Source: Chloroflexota bacterium
GTDB lineage: Bacteria; Chloroflexota; UBA11872; VXOZ01
Direction: 5' to 3'
NCBI GenBank assembly: GCA_963662335.2
Contig: CAXXVD010000002.1
Coordinates: 128,001-192,000, forward strand
Length of the DNA: 64,000 bases
The notes below the pieces were generated by a model, which saw only the letters and a list, made by a program, of their open reading frames with translations, was not told the DNA's origin and did no database searches. Below are positions 17,777 to 28,018 of the stretch, in pieces; position 1 is the first letter of the stretch, and each line of letters starts with the position of its first letter. The translations under genes and the position numbers were made by a program.

Positions 17777-19528
17777 TTACTGCTCCGACTCGGGCACGGA
17801 TGGCTCAACGTCGAAGTAGGCCGACATGAAGATCAGCCCATCGTGGCGCACCAACCACGTGTGCGCTACGTAGTTTTGCGAGCCAAAGAGACCGGGATAG
17901 GGGAAGTGAAGCCATATTCCTTCTTCGGTCGCGGTCAAGAATTGTGGGCCTACCTCTTCCCCAGCGAAGTCCGGAAAGTTCAGTGCGGCGGCCGGCACTC
18001 CCGCCAGCCCCCCCTCGGTGGGGGGAGCGAATATGCCGTTCTCATCGATCAACTGCAAGAAGCGCACGCCGTCGGAGTTCGCGGGATCGCTGTAGTACGC
18101 GACCATTGCCTCTCGTCCTTCCTTGTCGTAGAGGTCGATCGCGGCGTGCACAAACGCCTTCGTTTGCGCCGCCACGTCCTCAGGCACCGGATAGAATCCT
18201 GAGGCGAAGATCATGCCGTCGTGGCGGACGGCAAACGAGGACTTGGGCGCGTTCCAGAGCGTTACCGGATGCGGCCACAGATAGTCTATCCAGTGCCCTT
18301 CCTCCGTCGCCCTGGCAATCTCCTTGCCCAGTTCGTAGCCGTTTGCTCCCACCACGTCCTTGATGTCCGTCCCAATCAAGTTCGGCAGCAGCGGGTGGAC
18401 GATATAGATGTCACTCGCATCGGTCACGAAGAGGTACCACTCGCCCTGGAAGGCGGACACGCTGTTGTAGTACGCCTTGAACGCCTCCAGGCCGTCATTC
18501 GTGTAACGCTCGATCGCCTGCCGCACGTAGGTAACGGTGTACTCCCGCGGATCGGCGCCCAGCCACGCCGGCGGCTCCGCATCGTCGTCGGCGGTGTAGA
18601 AGCCCGTCGCGAAGATCAGCCCGTCGTGGCGGAGGACGAACGTGGACTTGGCCTCTTCCCGGTTGGTGACCGGGTTGGGCCACAGGTATCCCACCCAATG
18701 GCCCTCTTCCGTCGCCTTGGCAATCTCCTTGCCCAATTCGTAGCCATTGGAGCCCACCACGTCTTTGATGTCCGTCCCAATCAGGTGGGGGAAGATGGGA
18801 TGGGCCAGGTAGATGTCGTCCGCGCCGATGAGGAACAGGTAGTACTGGCCGTCCATGCTTTCCCGGCTGTTGTAGCGGGTGATGACGGCGTCCAGCCCCT
18901 CCTTGTCATAGCGCTCGATTGCCGCGGCGACGTAATTCTTCGCGCCTTGTTCGTACTTCTCCAGGATGCCAAAGTGCCCGGCCGAGAATACGAGGCCGTC
19001 GTGCAGCACGACGAGATTGCGCGAAGGCTCGGTGCGGCTATTAAGCGGATTGAGGTTCTGGTACTCAATCCAACTGCCTTCCGGAGTGGCGGCTGCCGCA
19101 ATGCGTTTGAACAGTCTGGCAATCACTTCGGAGGTCGGCCCCTGCGGCCCCACGTTGGATGGGTACTGTATCCACGCCAGGGCCGTGGTTGTTGCCGGAT
19201 CCATGATGAGCATGAAACGCTCGCCTTGCATGCTCTCCAAGCCGCTGTAGTAGGCGACGGTTGCGTCCCGGCCCTCCCGGTCGTAGCGCTCGATGGCCGC
19301 CATGACGTAGGCGCGCGTCAGCGCATCGTCATCATCGGCAACCGCGGGCGCCGGCTCCGGCAACTCCGTTGGCGCCGGCACAACGCTGCAAGCGGACAAG
19401 AAGACCAACACCAGCGCGAGGAATAGGGCTACTCCCCTCCCCACGGCACAAAGTCGGTTATGCAACTGTTCTACCTCCGTAAAATGAGTTCGCACCCACA
19501 CAGTGTTCATATGGCCTTTATCTACCAC
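17777..19528 (-). CDS. Lipoprotein with four tandem single-Cache domains (start uncertain)
   Basis: FLSAC lipobox; four units YVxxAIERYxxEG...RHDGLIFxxG. Confidence 0.8.
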   Translation of the reverse strand: MVDKGHMNTVWVRTHFTEVEQLHNRLCAVGRGVALFLALVLVFLSACSVVPAPTELPEPAPAVADDDDALTRAYVMAAIERYDREGRDATVAYYSGLESMQGERFMLIMDPATTTALAWIQYPSNVGPQGPTSEVIARLFKRIAAAATPEGSWIEYQNLNPLNSRTEPSRNLVVLHDGLVFSAGHFGILEKYEQGAKNYVAAAIERYDKEGLDAVITRYNSRESMDGQYYLFLIGADDIYLAHPIFPHLIGTDIKDVVGSNGYELGKEIAKATEEGHWVGYLWPNPVTNREEAKSTFVLRHDGLIFATGFYTADDDAEPPAWLGADPREYTVTYVRQAIERYTNDGLEAFKAYYNSVSAFQGEWYLFVTDASDIYIVHPLLPNLIGTDIKDVVGANGYELGKEIARATEEGHWIDYLWPHPVTLWNAPKSSFAVRHDGMIFASGFYPVPEDVAAQTKAFVHAAIDLYDKEGREAMVAYYSDPANSDGVRFLQLIDENGIFAPPTEGGLAGVPAAALNFPDFAGEEVGPQFLTATEEGIWLHFPYPGLFGSQNYVAHTWLVRHDGLIFMSAYFDVEPSVPESEQ

Positions 19529-19697
19529 ACTGAGACTATTAGCATATGCGAAGCACTGGTGTCAACGCTCTGGCAATTGAACCGCCCTCTCGTAAACGGC
19601 TACACTATCTCCAGCACTCCGCGGCCTGGAGCGGGCGGAGCGCGGCGGTTCTGCGGCCCCGGGGCGGCTTGCGGAATGGGAAGGCAGGCGAACACGA

Positions 19698-20426
19698 ATG
19701 AAGTTGGCCTACAAACTCGGGTTGGGCGTGATGGTGGCCGGCGTCGTCATCGCGGTCACCAGCGGGCTCTTTGGCGGCGCTTTCTACGAAGCGCTCATGT
19801 GGCTCATGACGCTGCTGGACGCGCCTGAAGAGCGCGAGTTCTTGCCCCCGAGCCAACCGGAGAAGGGCGCGCTCATACTCCAGTTGCTCGGCGGGCTCGT
19901 CTTCCTCTGCGGGGCGTGCATCATCAGTATCCGTCTGTTGCTCGGCTTGCTGGCAAACCTGGCGGCCGGCCTGCTGCACGCGGCCGGCCGGCGGGACCTG
20001 GCCGCCAGACTGGGCGGAGGCGGCGCGCCGGGTTGGCTCGGCAAGCTGGCCTGGGTGGCCAAGCTGGGTTTGGCCGCGGCGGCGATTGGGCTCCTCTTCT
20101 TTGTCTTCACCGCCGTGCCGGAACTGCTGCTCTATGAGATCTTCCTCTACGAATACAATGCGCCGGGGATCATGACCACGCTGGATACCCTCTCGCGAGC
20201 CGGCCTCGGCATGTTCTATACCGGCATTGCCCTCCTGGTCTTTGGAAAGCCGCTCCAGTTGGCGCTCATCTTGTTCCTCAGCCTCTGGCTGACGCGGCTT
20301 GGCCTGGTGTTGTTAGCGGTCGCCGGCATTGGCGCGTTGTTGGGGTGGGGAACGCCCTCCGTCATAACGGCGGTGACCGGGGGCGGCGTGTTGGCCGTGG
20401 GAGTCTGGCGCTTCCTGACCGCATAG
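19698..20426 (+). CDS. Hypothetical integral membrane protein
   Basis: About six hydrophobic segments, genome-typical codon usage. Confidence 0.7.
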   Translation: MKLAYKLGLGVMVAGVVIAVTSGLFGGAFYEALMWLMTLLDAPEEREFLPPSQPEKGALILQLLGGLVFLCGACIISIRLLLGLLANLAAGLLHAAGRRDLAARLGGGGAPGWLGKLAWVAKLGLAAAAIGLLFFVFTAVPELLLYEIFLYEYNAPGIMTTLDTLSRAGLGMFYTGIALLVFGKPLQLALILFLSLWLTRLGLVLLAVAGIGALLGWGTPSVITAVTGGGVLAVGVWRFLTA

Positions 20427-20678
20427 CGAGCCGGGCCTTGACGACGTGTCCCAATGCGCCCACGGTAGGGGCACGGCATGCCGTGCCCCTACCGTGGGCG
20501 CACACCTGCCGTTGCCCGAGGCGCCCGCGTATTCGCTTCCTTGTGCGACCCGAGCAAAGCCACACGAGGGATTGAACGCGTGGGCGGCCGCCCTACCGTC
20601 ATCGTCATGGAATTAGCGCGCCCTTCTTCCATGGCATTGGCGCATTGGCGAAGCCTCGTCCCCTGAACACCGGCAGAA

Positions 20679-22070
20679 TCACCAGCCCCGCTGCACGATC
20701 GCCCACACGGAAAGGGCAACGATTATTGCCACGATGATGAGCACCGTGGCCGCGACGCCCAGCATTACTTTCAAGAAGCCCTTGGCGGCGGCAGCCGGAT
20801 TGCTCGCGCCGGCGCGCACGGCGGAGGCGCTGCCGGTGGCCACCGCCTGGGCGGCGCGCGCTGTGCTGGCCGCGGCGGCGGACCGCGCCGCCGGCGCGGG
20901 GCGGAAGGCTTGCCGGGCGGCGCGCCGGGGACGGGAGGGCGTCGGCGGCTTCTTTGGCGCGGGCAGGCGGACTTGGCGCGGTTGGCGGCGGCCCGTCCCG
21001 GCCGCGGCCGGCTTTGGCCCGGCGGGCTGCGCCCCCGGCCGCGGCGGCGCAGACGCGCGTCCCCCTGCCTGGCGCGGCGCCGCAGAGTGCGGCTTGGCCG
21101 CCGGCGGCATGGTCGTGCGGCGCTTTGCCCGGCGCGGCGCCGGCGAGCGCGGCTTAGCCGCCGGCGCCGCGCTGGGCGGCGTCCCCTGCAGGATGGTCTC
21201 CAGGTCCGGCACCTTGGCCACGTCTGCCAGCCCGCAGTATTCCGCCAGGCGTTTCGTCAATTCCACCACCGCCGGGTCGCCAGACTGCTTCAGTCGCTTG
21301 AATACTTCGGATTTGCCCGGGTCCGCGTAGTCCTTGGCGGTGAAGATCAGGTTGTCGTCGTTGTAGAACGACCAGAGATCGGGCTCGGCGGCCACGGCCA
21401 GCAGGCTCAGATAGACCACCAGCGTGGGAAAGTTGTCCACGTAGTCGTCGTAGTCCGCCGCGGAACGTTGCGGGTGCTGGTAGTTCTTGTGTCCCAACTC
21501 CGGGCTGCGCTCGCCGCGAAACTGGGGCAGGAACATGCCGTCGTAGTCCACCAGGCGGATGTTGCCGTTCGCCTGCACCATCACGTTGCCGTGTTGCAGG
21601 TCGTTGTGGGCGATGCGCAGGCCGCGCAGGCTGGCGGTGGTACCGCCGCGCCACTGGGCGGCCACGCGCCGCAGGGCGTCCGGCTCGTCCAGCTTGGCGT
21701 CGACGAACGCGCTCAATACCGCGCCTTCCACCCACTCCATCTTGACAATCGGATACCAGTCGCCCCTGAGGTTGATGCCCTCTTCCACGTACTCGAAGTG
21801 GACGAAAGACGGCGGCAGGACGTTGATCAGGTAGTCGCTAAGCTGGTTGTAGCGGGTCTGCTGGTCCTTGACCTCGCGGGTGAAGCAGCGCACCGCGTAC
21901 GCGCCGCCGTTGACGGAGACCGGGTAGACGCTGGCGAACGAGCCGGAATAGACCAACGGCATGCCCCGCTGGTTGACGGCCACCGTGCCGCCTTCCAGTT
22001 CGGTGCCCGCGAAGCAGATGCCGGGATTCTGCACCGCCTCGCTGAAGTCGGTTATGCCGGGCCAGGACAT
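20679..22070 (-). CDS. Ser/Thr kinase-like protein with Pro/Ala/Arg linker and C-terminal TM
   Basis: GSFASVY, IVKMEWVEG, HNDLQHGNVMV, LVDYDG; hydrophobic C-terminal helix. Confidence 0.88.
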   Translation of the reverse strand: MSWPGITDFSEAVQNPGICFAGTELEGGTVAVNQRGMPLVYSGSFASVYPVSVNGGAYAVRCFTREVKDQQTRYNQLSDYLINVLPPSFVHFEYVEEGINLRGDWYPIVKMEWVEGAVLSAFVDAKLDEPDALRRVAAQWRGGTTASLRGLRIAHNDLQHGNVMVQANGNIRLVDYDGMFLPQFRGERSPELGHKNYQHPQRSAADYDDYVDNFPTLVVYLSLLAVAAEPDLWSFYNDDNLIFTAKDYADPGKSEVFKRLKQSGDPAVVELTKRLAEYCGLADVAKVPDLETILQGTPPSAAPAAKPRSPAPRRAKRRTTMPPAAKPHSAAPRQAGGRASAPPRPGAQPAGPKPAAAGTGRRQPRQVRLPAPKKPPTPSRPRRAARQAFRPAPAARSAAAASTARAAQAVATGSASAVRAGASNPAAAAKGFLKVMLGVAATVLIIVAIIVALSVWAIVQRGW

Positions 22071-22086
22071 GGCTGCGCACCGCCTC

Positions 22087-22872
22087 TCACGCCGCGTTGA
22101 CCGGGATGACGACCAGCGTGGTGTCGTCGTTGCGCATTGCGCCGCCGCGCCGTTGCGCCTGCGCCCAGGCGTCCCACTCCGCTTCGCGCAACGCCAGCAG
22201 AGTCTCCCAGGGCTTTTCGCATGCGGCAGCGCGGGCCAGGAACCAGGCGGCTAGCGCGTCCGAGGCCAGGATGAAGCAATCTCCCGCTTCACAGTCGCCG
22301 CCGCTCCGCCGCACGCTCTGCCACAGTTCGCCGGCGTTGGCCGGGTTGCTGCAAATCAAGTCCGGCGTGTTGTCGAATTGGGCGGCGTCCGCCAGCGGAA
22401 AGGAGACGCGCAAGCGGCCGCCGCGCACGAGGAAGAGGCAGCTATCCCCCACGGCCACGGCCTGCCAGCGGAGCCGGGCGGGGTCGTCCGGCGCCGCGCC
22501 GACGGTCAGCCCCACCAGGCTGGCGAACGCGCCGGCCCGGGCCTTGGCCTCGCCGTGCCAAGGCACCCGCGCCCAGGGCACGGCGGCGTGCCATTCCGCT
22601 TGCGCAACTGACAGCCAGTCAAAGAGGGCATCCTCCGTCAAGCCGCCAATGTCCAGCGGTCGGTCGGCGAAGGCGTCGGTGAGGATGTTCGCCCACTCGC
22701 GGGCAAAGGCCGACTCGCTGGCGCCGTCGGCCACGGCCACCCGCACCGTGCGGCGGCCGGACGCGCCGAGGCGCTGAGGGTAGACCGCCTGGGCGGCGTC
22801 CTCGTACTCGTCCGGCCGGTTGCCGGCCTTGGGCAGCCAGAGCCGCTTGGGGGGTTGAAGGGCCATCTTCAC
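22087..22872 (-). CDS. PP2C-like protein phosphatase
   Basis: EYEDA, VAVADGASES, VGDSCLF, LASDAL, RNDDTT. Confidence 0.88.
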   Translation of the reverse strand: MKMALQPPKRLWLPKAGNRPDEYEDAAQAVYPQRLGASGRRTVRVAVADGASESAFAREWANILTDAFADRPLDIGGLTEDALFDWLSVAQAEWHAAVPWARVPWHGEAKARAGAFASLVGLTVGAAPDDPARLRWQAVAVGDSCLFLVRGGRLRVSFPLADAAQFDNTPDLICSNPANAGELWQSVRRSGGDCEAGDCFILASDALAAWFLARAAACEKPWETLLALREAEWDAWAQAQRRGGAMRNDDTTLVVIPVNAA

Positions 22873-22884
22873 CCTCCAATTGCG

Positions 22885-23742
22885 TTAGTGCAAGTCCGAT
22901 GCGGCGCGGGTGCCAATATCCAGGAACTGCACCAGAGCCACCATGTCGGCGTTGTAGACGTAGCCGCGCGAGCCATCGACCACCGGCAGTTCCATGCTGG
23001 CGGCAAGTTCGCGCACCGGGTCCGGAAAGACCGAAGACATGCGGAACATCGCCGCCGCGTACTCATCGGGAGGCAAGTCGTCCTCCGCGGCCGGGTACTG
23101 CACCGGCGGCGCGGACACCTCGGAGAGGTGCGCGTTGTAGAGCAGCGTGCCGCCGTCATTGGTGCCCAGGGCCATGAGTTCCTGGGCAATGGGTTCCGGA
23201 TCGCCGTCGCTGGCGGCGCCGTCGGAGATGTTGATTACCATCGGGGGATAGGAATCCGGGTGCGCGCCCGTCCACGCGCCCACGGCGGCGGCCGCGGCGG
23301 CGAGCGCCGCGCACATAGGCGTGCCGTACTCGGCAGTGGGCCGCAGCCACACCGGAAACTTGCGATTGACCTCGATGATGCCGCCGGCTCCGTCGGACTC
23401 CTTCACCTGCCGCTCCTCCACGTCGGCGGCCTCGACCACCTGGCTGACAGTCAGAAAGGGCTGCGCCACGGCGGTATCGGGGAACACGGTTCCCAGCGTC
23501 GGTTCGCCCGTGCTGTCGGTGGTGTAGGTGATGATGCCAATGTCGAAGTAGTCGCGGATGTCCATGCCCTGGGAGCAGCGCTGGGAAACGGCGTCCAGAA
23601 TGCGGTTGATGGCATCCGCCGCGCCGTGCATCTTCTGCAGACCGGGCTGTCCGCCCAGCGCGCCGTTCATGGAAGCCGATTGGTCGAGCAGGAAGAGGAA
23701 GCAGCCGGGGTTGTTGCGGCTGATGTCCGCCGTGTAGGGCAT
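22885..23742 (-). CDS. vWA-domain protein (TerY-like)
   Basis: MIDAS motif LLDQSASM, YGTPM, INISDG; AAGGAG RBS. Confidence 0.88.
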   Translation of the reverse strand: MPYTADISRNNPGCFLFLLDQSASMNGALGGQPGLQKMHGAADAINRILDAVSQRCSQGMDIRDYFDIGIITYTTDSTGEPTLGTVFPDTAVAQPFLTVSQVVEAADVEERQVKESDGAGGIIEVNRKFPVWLRPTAEYGTPMCAALAAAAAAVGAWTGAHPDSYPPMVINISDGAASDGDPEPIAQELMALGTNDGGTLLYNAHLSEVSAPPVQYPAAEDDLPPDEYAAAMFRMSSVFPDPVRELAASMELPVVDGSRGYVYNADMVALVQFLDIGTRAASDLH

Positions 23743-24133
23743 GGTGACGACTCCTTGTCGCAGTTAGTGGAAAAGGGCGCCGCGCGGGCTTGTAGTTGAT
23801 ATACCACAGGATGCGCGTTGCGGGCAATCGGAAATAGCCAACTCAGGCTTACGGTCTTTGCGAGGCGGCAATGCCTGTCATTCCGAGCGCAGCGAGGAAT
23901 CTCCGAGTGTTCCCGACGCTAGACTCTTCGTCGCGGAGTTTATCCTGAGCTTGCCGAAGGGCTCCTCAGAGTGACAGTTGGGAGTTGGTTCAGACCTAGG
24001 GAGGATAGAGCACCTTGGACGAACAGGCGCCTTGGAAGATCAGGCGCCTTGACTCTAGCCGCTCCAAGCCCAAGAAACCATCACTTGCGAAGTAAGCGGC
24101 CGCGCGGCGTTCGGCCTGCCGCCGGGCAGCCCA

Positions 24134-25027
24134 TCAGCGTCGCGCGCGTTCCTCGTCGCCAAGGAGCGCGGCGAGCGAGGTCTCCAGGGCGCTGGCGATG
24201 CGCACCGCCGCGTCGATGGTGATATTCTGCTTGCCCTTTTCCACGGTGCTCAGGTAGGCGCGGTCCAGGCCGGCCTTGGCGGCCAGCGTCTGCTGGCTCC
24301 AGCCTCGTTCTTTGCGCAGGCGCTGCACGCGCTGTCCCAACACGCTCAGATGGTCGGCCACGGTGCGTTGCTCCTCACCCAGGTTGAGGCAGCGGTTCGC
24401 GTGGCGGATGGCCTCCAAGGGGTCGCAAGAGACGAGGTCCGCCGGGATCTCGGCGCGGGCCGCGGGCGATTCCAGGCAGCCGCCGCCCACGAACACCAGC
24501 GGCGGATTGGGGAGCGCTTTGAGAATGGCGGCGGCGTCTTGCGCCACCGGCACCCGGTCCGGGCGCGCCAGCGAGAGGATGACCAGGTCCGGCCGGCGCT
24601 CCCGCACCCACGCCACCAGGTCGCGGGTGGGCGTATTCTGTCCCAGGTAGGCCACGTCCCAGCCTTCCATATAGAAGAGGTCGGCGATGAGGCGCGCGCC
24701 CACGGCGTGCATCTCGCCTTCCACCGCGGTAATCACGGCTTCGGCGCCGACGCGCTCGCGCCGCCGCGCCAGGCCCCGGACGGCGGCGCTCTGCTGCAAG
24801 GTGATTTGGATCGCCAGGTGTTCCACGGCGACGTTCAGTTTACCCCGCCGCCAGGCGTCGCCAATCGCCGCCAAGGCCGGCGTGAGCACCTCCACGTAGA
24901 CCGTCACCGGCTCCAGGCCCCGCTCGATCGCGTCCCGCACCACGCGGGCAGCCTCTTCATGGTCGCCGGCGAACAGGGTGGCGGTGTACCGCTCTCTCAG
25001 GGTTTCTACCTCTTGACTGGCTGGCAT
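24134..25027 (-). CDS. Cobalamin-binding (CarH/LitR-type) protein with C-terminal XRE HTH
   Basis: W-x9-EH ([12 protein letters not shown]), ExHxxG (EMHAVG), YLG; C-terminal [20 protein letters not shown]...[10 protein letters not shown]. Confidence 0.88.
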   Translation of the reverse strand: MPASQEVETLRERYTATLFAGDHEEAARVVRDAIERGLEPVTVYVEVLTPALAAIGDAWRRGKLNVAVEHLAIQITLQQSAAVRGLARRRERVGAEAVITAVEGEMHAVGARLIADLFYMEGWDVAYLGQNTPTRDLVAWVRERRPDLVILSLARPDRVPVAQDAAAILKALPNPPLVFVGGGCLESPAARAEIPADLVSCDPLEAIRHANRCLNLGEEQRTVADHLSVLGQRVQRLRKERGWSQQTLAAKAGLDRAYLSTVEKGKQNITIDAAVRIASALETSLAALLGDEERARR

Positions 25028-25058
25028 CGGCGCCTCGCAAAAATCCGCCCGGAAAAGT

Positions 25059-25148
25059 TGTTGAATATAGTTGACACTCTGTTGGGCATATTATATACTG
25101 GCTTTGTTGGAGATATGCCGCACCCGGGTAAGCATATGCTAGGCATAT
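25059..25148 (+). promoter_or_regulatory. Sigma70 promoter with four direct operator-like repeats
   Basis: TTGACA (25071)-17 nt-TATACT (25094); repeats tgttgaatatag 25059, tgttgggcatat 25080, tgttggagatat 25105, tgctaggcatat 25137. Confidence 0.75.
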
Positions 25149-25189
25149 CACGCAGATTCGTCAAGGAACCTGAGCAAAAGGAGAAAGAA

Positions 25190-26182
25190 ATGCTTAGGAA
25201 ATTGGCTCAAGCCGCCGGCGGGGGGACGAGCGCCTGGCGGCGCCTGCTCCGCAATGCCGGCATCGTGGCCGTGTCCGGGCTTCTGCTGGCGCTGCTGGCC
25301 GCCTGCGGCACGGCTGACGAGGCCGCGCCGGAACCGGAAGCGCCGGGAACGATCGTCGACATCGCCGCCGGCGACGGCAGGTTTACGACTCTGGTCGCCG
25401 CTCTCCAGGCCGCAGACCTGGTGGAGACGTTGCAGGGCGACGGGCCGTTCACGGTCTTCGCGCCCACGGACGACGCCTTTGCCAAGCTGCCCGAGGGCAC
25501 GGTGGCGGCGCTCCTGGAGGACGCGCCCGCCCTCACTAACATTCTCTTGTACCACGTGGTTGCCGGCAACGTGATGGCCGCCGACGTGGTCAAGCTGGAC
25601 GCGGCCACCACCGCGCAAGGCGAGGCGGTAACGATTACGGTTGACGGCGACACGGTGCGTATCAACGACGCGCAGGTCATCATCACCGACATCGTGGCAT
25701 CCAACGGCGTGATCCACGTCATCGACACCGTGCTGCTGCCGCCCGCGCCTGCGGCTGAGCCGGCAGCGCCGGCCGCCACCATCGTCGACATTGCCGTCGG
25801 CGACGGCAGGTTCACCACCCTGGTAGCGGCGCTGCAAGCCGCCGACCTGGTGGAGACGTTGCAGGGTGACGGGCCGTTCACGGTCTTCGCGCCCACGGAC
25901 GACGCCTTTGCCAAGCTGCCCGAGGGCACGGTGGCGGCGCTGTTGGAGGATGTTCCCACCCTCACCGGCATCCTGCTCTACCACGTAGTCGCCGGTAACG
26001 TGATGGCGGCGGACGTGGTCAAGCTGGACGCGGCCACCACCGTGCAAGGGAGCGACGTAGCGATTACGGTTGACGGCGACACGGTGCGCATCAACGACGC
26101 GCAGGTCGTCATCACCGACATCCAGGCCGCCAACGGCGTCATCCACGTGATCGACGCCGTCCTGCTGCCGCCGGCGGAATAG
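25190..26182 (+). CDS. Fasciclin (FAS1) x2 lipoprotein
   Basis: LAAC lipobox; two near-identical units FTTLVAAL...[13 protein letters not shown]...LLYHVV...NGVIHVID. Confidence 0.95.
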   Translation: MLRKLAQAAGGGTSAWRRLLRNAGIVAVSGLLLALLAACGTADEAAPEPEAPGTIVDIAAGDGRFTTLVAALQAADLVETLQGDGPFTVFAPTDDAFAKLPEGTVAALLEDAPALTNILLYHVVAGNVMAADVVKLDAATTAQGEAVTITVDGDTVRINDAQVIITDIVASNGVIHVIDTVLLPPAPAAEPAAPAATIVDIAVGDGRFTTLVAALQAADLVETLQGDGPFTVFAPTDDAFAKLPEGTVAALLEDVPTLTGILLYHVVAGNVMAADVVKLDAATTVQGSDVAITVDGDTVRINDAQVVITDIQAANGVIHVIDAVLLPPAE

Positions 26183-26346
26183 GCGTACGCGGGACTGCGC
26201 TGCGCACCGCCGAGCCGCGCTTGGCAGGGCACTAGCCTGCGTTTGGCGGCGCGGCCGCCCCGCTGCCCGCGCCGATGAGAGCGCAATTCAGCACACGTCC
26301 ACGCTCGCTCTCATCCGCGCGGCGGGCAGCGCGCCGTATTCGCTTG

Positions 26347-26366
26347 ACTTGACACTCGTGTCAAGT
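26347..26366. promoter_or_regulatory. Operator-like palindrome overlapping TTGACA
   Basis: ACTTGACAC-tc-GTGTCAAGT; TACCCT 17 nt after the -35. Confidence 0.5.
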
Positions 26367-26625
26367 ATCTCTACCCTTTAACGGGGAGAGGGTAAGCATC
26401 TGCTATAGCTCTGGTCGTCTCGCAGCAAGAAGGCATCCACCTGCGCCGTTGAAGAAGCCGCCGCTTTGCATTGGCCGGTGTCTGCCGGCGAAGTGTGCGC
26501 ACGCATAGGGAGCGATTGAAAGAGCAGGTGGCGGCGGTCAGCCTTCGCGCGCCGGCCGGGTTGGCGAAAGGAGGAAACAAGGACTCTCAGGGCAATCGTT
26601 GCGTATCGTCCGTAGGAGAAAAGTG

Positions 26626-26841
26626 ATGGAAGCACTACAGTTGGTGGCACTTATCGTCGCGGCAATCGGCGCGATTAACTGGGGTCTCGTCGGCCTGGCG
26701 AAGATCGACCTGGTAGCCCTCATCGCCGGCGGCCTCAAGTTCGGCGAAGTGAACACCATTTCCCGCGTCCTCTACATCGTGGTCGGCATCTGCGGTATCC
26801 TCGCCATCGTCTTGGAATTCATGGGCGACACGGCCGCGTAG
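26626..26841 (+). CDS. DUF378 membrane protein
   Basis: IGAINWGLVG...DLVA...SRVLYIVVGICG; AGGAG RBS. Confidence 0.88.
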   Translation: MEALQLVALIVAAIGAINWGLVGLAKIDLVALIAGGLKFGEVNTISRVLYIVVGICGILAIVLEFMGDTAA

Positions 26842-27004
26842 GCCTTTGCCGGCATTGCCAAGCGCAGTGAGAAATCAAGCCTGAATTGGCGCAGGGGCGG
26901 TTCGCGAACCGCCCCTGCGTTTTCTATTGCTCAAGTCCCGCGCCGCGAACCCCGCCGGGCGGCGGACGGAACCAGGGCGCGCCGGTTTGCGGAGAGCGGC
27001 GCCC

Positions 27005-27766
27005 TTACGCGCACTGCCACGGCGTCTCGATATTCACGGCGCCCAGGACCCAATCCTGCATGACACGGCTGCCGCTGGCGCCGGTGAACGTGTATTGCTG
27101 GGCGGGATAGCGCACAACCTCGCGCGACGCCTGTTCATCCTCGGTTGCCGCGCAGCTTAGGGTGGCGTCGTAGGTCCAGACCTCCGCAGTCTCCACCACC
27201 ACCTCATCGGCCGCGGAGACGCTGAGCACGGTGCAGGTATTCACCTGGGGCGCAACGTCGGTAATCCGCACCACGCTATAGGCGTCGGTTTCCTTTGCCA
27301 GCAGCGACGCGGCCGCCGTTTGGGCGCGCGCCGCCATCTCGCCCCACGTCGCGGTCAATTGCGCCGCCTCCAGTTCGCCCCGCATAAAGGCGGCTTGTGC
27401 CCCGTTAGCGGCGGCGATCGCGGCGCTGATGTCCGACGGGCACGGCACGCCGGCCGTCAGCGCGGGCGCGGGTGTCGGGTCCGGCAACGGCGTCGGCTCC
27501 GGCTCCGGCAGCGGTGTAGCCGTTGGCGGGGGCGCTGGCGGCGTAGTGGGCGTGGGGGAGACGATGACGGCCGGCGTCGCTTGCGCCGGCGCGCTCTCCT
27601 GCGGCGTTGGCGTCGCCTCCGCCATCTCCTCGCTGCCAGGATCCGTCAGGCGCAGCGCCACCACTGTCCCCGCGACGACAAGCAGAATAACCAGCACCGC
27701 TACGAGTAGCCCGATCACCCGTGACCCGCTCATTGGCACACTCCTGTCTACGAACGCTTTCCTCAC
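27005..27766 (-). CDS. Membrane-anchored Pro-rich hypothetical protein (start may be 27733)
   Basis: N-terminal TM, PT-rich linker, Cys-containing extracellular domain. Confidence 0.7.
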   Translation of the reverse strand: MRKAFVDRSVPMSGSRVIGLLVAVLVILLVVAGTVVALRLTDPGSEEMAEATPTPQESAPAQATPAVIVSPTPTTPPAPPPTATPLPEPEPTPLPDPTPAPALTAGVPCPSDISAAIAAANGAQAAFMRGELEAAQLTATWGEMAARAQTAAASLLAKETDAYSVVRITDVAPQVNTCTVLSVSAADEVVVETAEVWTYDATLSCAATEDEQASREVVRYPAQQYTFTGASGSRVMQDWVLGAVNIETPWQCA

Positions 27767-27824
27767 ATACTACCCTTAATGCGGGCGGAGTGCACCCGGC
27801 AGCGGCAACAGCGGCGGCGCAAGG

Positions 27825-27966
27825 TGCTATAATGAGAGTGTTTGCGGGAAGTGGGGCACGCCCCGCGCAGTGGGGCATACCACGCAGCGGAGCCGCCCCG
27901 CGCAAGCGGGGACACACCGTGCAGGCGGGGACACACCGCGCAAGCGGGGACGCCCACTTCTTTCTT
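27825..27966 (+). promoter_or_regulatory. nusA operon promoter and leader hairpin
   Basis: Extended -10 TGcTATAAT at 27825; stem gaagtggg (27848) / cccacttc (27953) followed by tttctt. Confidence 0.6.
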
Positions 27967-28018
27967 AATTCCTGGCGGCTGCCCGGGTAGATGTCGGCAG
28001 CAGGGGAAGGTATCGCGC

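Noticed and set aside
24350-25189. Long N-terminal extension of the fasciclin ORF
   Set aside because: It overlaps the B12 regulator antisense; promoter and RBS support ATG at 25190.
26500-26600. Glycine riboswitch-like words (gaaaggag...ctctcagg)
   Set aside because: No GGAGA 5' element or convincing stems could be assembled.
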